A DNA stretch of 63,210 nt, filler included, from a bacterium (GTDB lineage: Bacteria > UBP15 > UBA6099 > JAJRTR01): assembly GCA_024278215.1 (NCBI GenBank). It is 3 parts of 3 records of this genome, joined end to end, with 100 filler letters (N's around TTAATTAATTAA, not from the genome) between each part and the next. Parts side by side here need not be neighbours in the genome. Positions count along the whole stretch, not along the records: positions 30,171 to 60,031 come from JAJRTR010000106.1; positions 60,132 to 63,210 come from JAJRTR010000120.1; 1 more part is not named here. The stretch is one strand, 5' to 3'. Under the pieces are notes generated by a model. The model was not told the DNA's origin and did not search any database. It worked only from the letters and a program-made list of their open reading frames with translations. The number at the start of each line of letters is the position of its first letter. Position 1 is the stretch's first letter. A program made the translations under genes and the position numbers. Below, one piece after another: positions 59,767 through 63,210 of this stretch.

Positions 59767-60031
59767 TGTGGATTATTAAATGGAGTTTTCAATATTGAAC
59801 AGGACTTCGGGCTGCTGAAAAACCCCGAACTTATCCGTTTCCTGTTGAATCAATCTTTAAGTCAGGCGATGAAAAAGAATTCCAGTATTTCTCCCATAAT
59901 AGTAGTTAACAACATCAAGCTGCCAGTGACAGCCTGATCAACAATTTATAAAATGATATCAAGGGTGATGAGGACAACATCTTCATGATTATTGTGGCTC
60001 GACCACGAAAAGGAGAATGATGCCTCACTCC

Positions 60032-60131
60032 NNNNNNNNNNNNNNNNNNNNNNNNNNNNNNNNNNNNNNNNNNNNTTAATTAATTAANNNNNNNNNNNNN
60101 NNNNNNNNNNNNNNNNNNNNNNNNNNNNNNN
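60032..60131. other. Artificial contig linker
   Basis: N-run, TTAATTAATTAA, N-run; 100 bp. Confidence 0.97.
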
Positions 60132-60132
60132 A

Positions 60133-60561
60133 GGAATAGCAGACAAAGTTTCCAAAGATTTTATCGAATAGAAAATTGATGAATGCTACATACTGTACTC
60201 ACTGTACAAGTCACCGGCAGTATGTGACCCGACAATCGACAGGCTGCTTCCCGTCGGCGCCGATGATGGAACCGAAGAAGAAGCGTCAGCGGCATCACAT
60301 GCCGATTATATTATAGAACCTTCGCCGGAAGCAGTGCTGAAAATACTGTTTCCAAAATTTGTTTATACGAAAATAGTAATGGCGCTGGCAAACAGTTTCG
60401 CAAGCGAACACGGCCAGCGAATGGTGGCCATGACAAACGCGACAGATGCCGCTAGAGACATGGTAGACTCATTAACACTAAGATATAACAAGGCCAGACA
60501 GACCGCCATAACAACAGAAATATCAGAAATAGTAGGCGGCTCCGAGGCTCTCAAGAATTAA
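60133..60561 (+). CDS. atpG: F1 ATP synthase gamma subunit, C-terminal part (5'-truncated; in-frame TAG at 60169)
   Basis: YIIEPS, ASEHGQRMVAMTNATDAA, YNKARQTAITTEISEIVGG. Confidence 0.92.
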
Positions 60562-60741
60562 TTAATGGAACGAACCGTTCATTAAGTTAGTTGTTCCGGG
60601 CTTAATCCCGGAATCCGGAAGACAGGATGTAGGAGATGGAATTAAGGGACAGGATGATTTTGAAACTTAGCTGAGCGGATTGTATATAAGGCGGCAACTG
60701 CCCGCCTGATACGTTGCAGAATCTATTTGCATAAAGAATAG

Positions 60742-62165
<1,424 letters not shown>

Positions 62166-62166
<1 letters not shown>

Positions 62167-62573
62167 TGGCTGACAAAATTTTTGAACTCGAAATTCTGAC
62201 ACCTTTCAAAACCGCCTTCAAGGGCGAGGTGGAATACCTTGTTGCGACAGGTGACGACGGTCTTTTCGGTGTCCTGGTGAATCATGCGTCGATGATCAGC
62301 GGCCTGGGATTCGGGCCTCTTTATGTTCGCATGGCAGACGGCAAGGACAAGTGGTTTGTCGTAAGCGATGGATTTTTTGAAATAAATCAGAACAAGAGCG
62401 CCATCCTTGTCGACACAGCGGAGAGCAAGGATGAAATCGACGCAGCGCGTGCCGAGAGTGCAAGAGACCGTGCGATGAAACGACTTGCAGAACGCACGCA
62501 GGATATAGATTTCGAGCGAGCGCGTGCCGCACTCAACCGCGCGCTGACACGACTTCAGACAACAAAACGTTGA
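62166..62573 (+). CDS. atpC: F1 ATP synthase epsilon subunit
   Basis: LEILTP, G.FGVL.NHA, GFFEI, RA..AL.RA; follows atpD. Confidence 0.95.
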
Positions 62574-62598
62574 ATATCACTATTACATGAAAAACCAT

Positions 62599-62623
62599 AA
62601 AGGGCCTCAAGGGTCCTTTTTTT
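62599..62623 (+). terminator. Intrinsic terminator after atpC
   Basis: AAGGGCC-loop-GGTCCTT followed by a T run. Confidence 0.7.
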
Positions 62624-62747
62624 GTTTACGTCGTGATCTGCAATTTTAACCCCAATACCGTTTACTTTAGCAACAATGATGCGCAAAAAAGCCTGTATTT
62701 TCGCAAATATTGATACCCATAGCCTCTTAAGTAAGCGGTATTGATTT

Positions 62748-62776
62748 TAACCCGCATTTTTCACCAATGCGGGTTA
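62748..62776. repeat. Solo family-B left-end palindrome (29 bp, TA-bounded)
   Basis: TAACCCGCAT-TTTTCACCA-ATGCGGGTTA, perfect 10-bp arms. Confidence 0.8.
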
Positions 62777-62910
62777 ATAGGGTGTGCGACATAAAAGTGG
62801 GTTTTGGTCAACCAGAGGCTGATTCCCAGAAATCCTCGATGCGGTTTGAGAAGTATATATGACCTGCAACCTGTGCCCTGAAAAGCACGGCGCAGACTCT
62901 CTGAACGTGT

Positions 62911-63087
62911 GAGCCAATTGCAAAATTCTGATTCGGCTACGGTCGGCTGCAATTGTCAACAGCTGCGTTGTCGGCACAAAATCATCCTCGACGTTCTACA
63001 AGTACGCCTGCGGGGATTTTGCACCTCCGCCTTGCTTCCGACCAATTTCGCTCGACCTCGCTTCGAACATAATTTTGCAACTGGCTC
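62911..63087 (-). mobile_element. MITE family A, full-length, reverse orientation, TSD GTGT
   Basis: TIRs (one mismatch) flanked by GTGT on both sides. Confidence 0.92.
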
Positions 63088-63210
63088 GTGTGGTATTTTA
63101 TTTGGGGCATCCGGGAATCAAGTGGGTGACCACAACATGTAGTGTAGAAAGGAGAGAAAGGCGAGTTTATCGCATTCAGGACGATAACAGGAGAGAAAAA
63201 GAAAGAGAGG

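Noticed and set aside
60009-60031. RBS AAGGAG plus ATG at the contig end
   Set aside because: Only a few codons before the gap; cannot be identified.
60133-60561. Genome-wide stop-codon reassignment
   Set aside because: All other conserved genes are uninterrupted and use TAA, TGA and TAG as stops.

Overview
Bacterial sequence made of three contigs joined by artificial N44-TTAATTAATTAA-N44 linkers (30071-30170, 60032-60131). Gene content suggests a motile, anaerobic, diderm bacterium. Contig 1 carries a chemosensory cluster (cheW, three MCPs with different sensor domains, two receivers, cheD, cheX-like, with an embedded porin), a four-subunit 2-oxoacid:ferredoxin oxidoreductase, a RACo-type corrinoid activator, dtd, aconitase, and envelope/lipid genes. 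Contig 2 carries flhA'-flhF-flhG-fliA-FapA, an AOR-family enzyme, the nusA-infB-rbfA-truB-ribF-rpsO-pnp operon (no rimP) and tRNA-Pro(CGG). Contig 3 carries atpG'-atpD-atpC. The most unusual signal is non-coding: two dispersed ~180-bp MITE-like families with unrelated ends. Family A has 17-bp TIRs GAGCCAATTGCAAAATT and 4-bp target duplications (9 copies or fragments). Family B is TA-flanked with self-palindromic ends (8 copies or fragments). Both carry the same 74-75-bp internal module CAAGGCG...GC(G/A)TACT-loop-AGTA(C/T)G...CAACGCAG, which matches the architecture of the enterobacterial ERIC/IRU repeat as I recall it. No transposase is present in the window.
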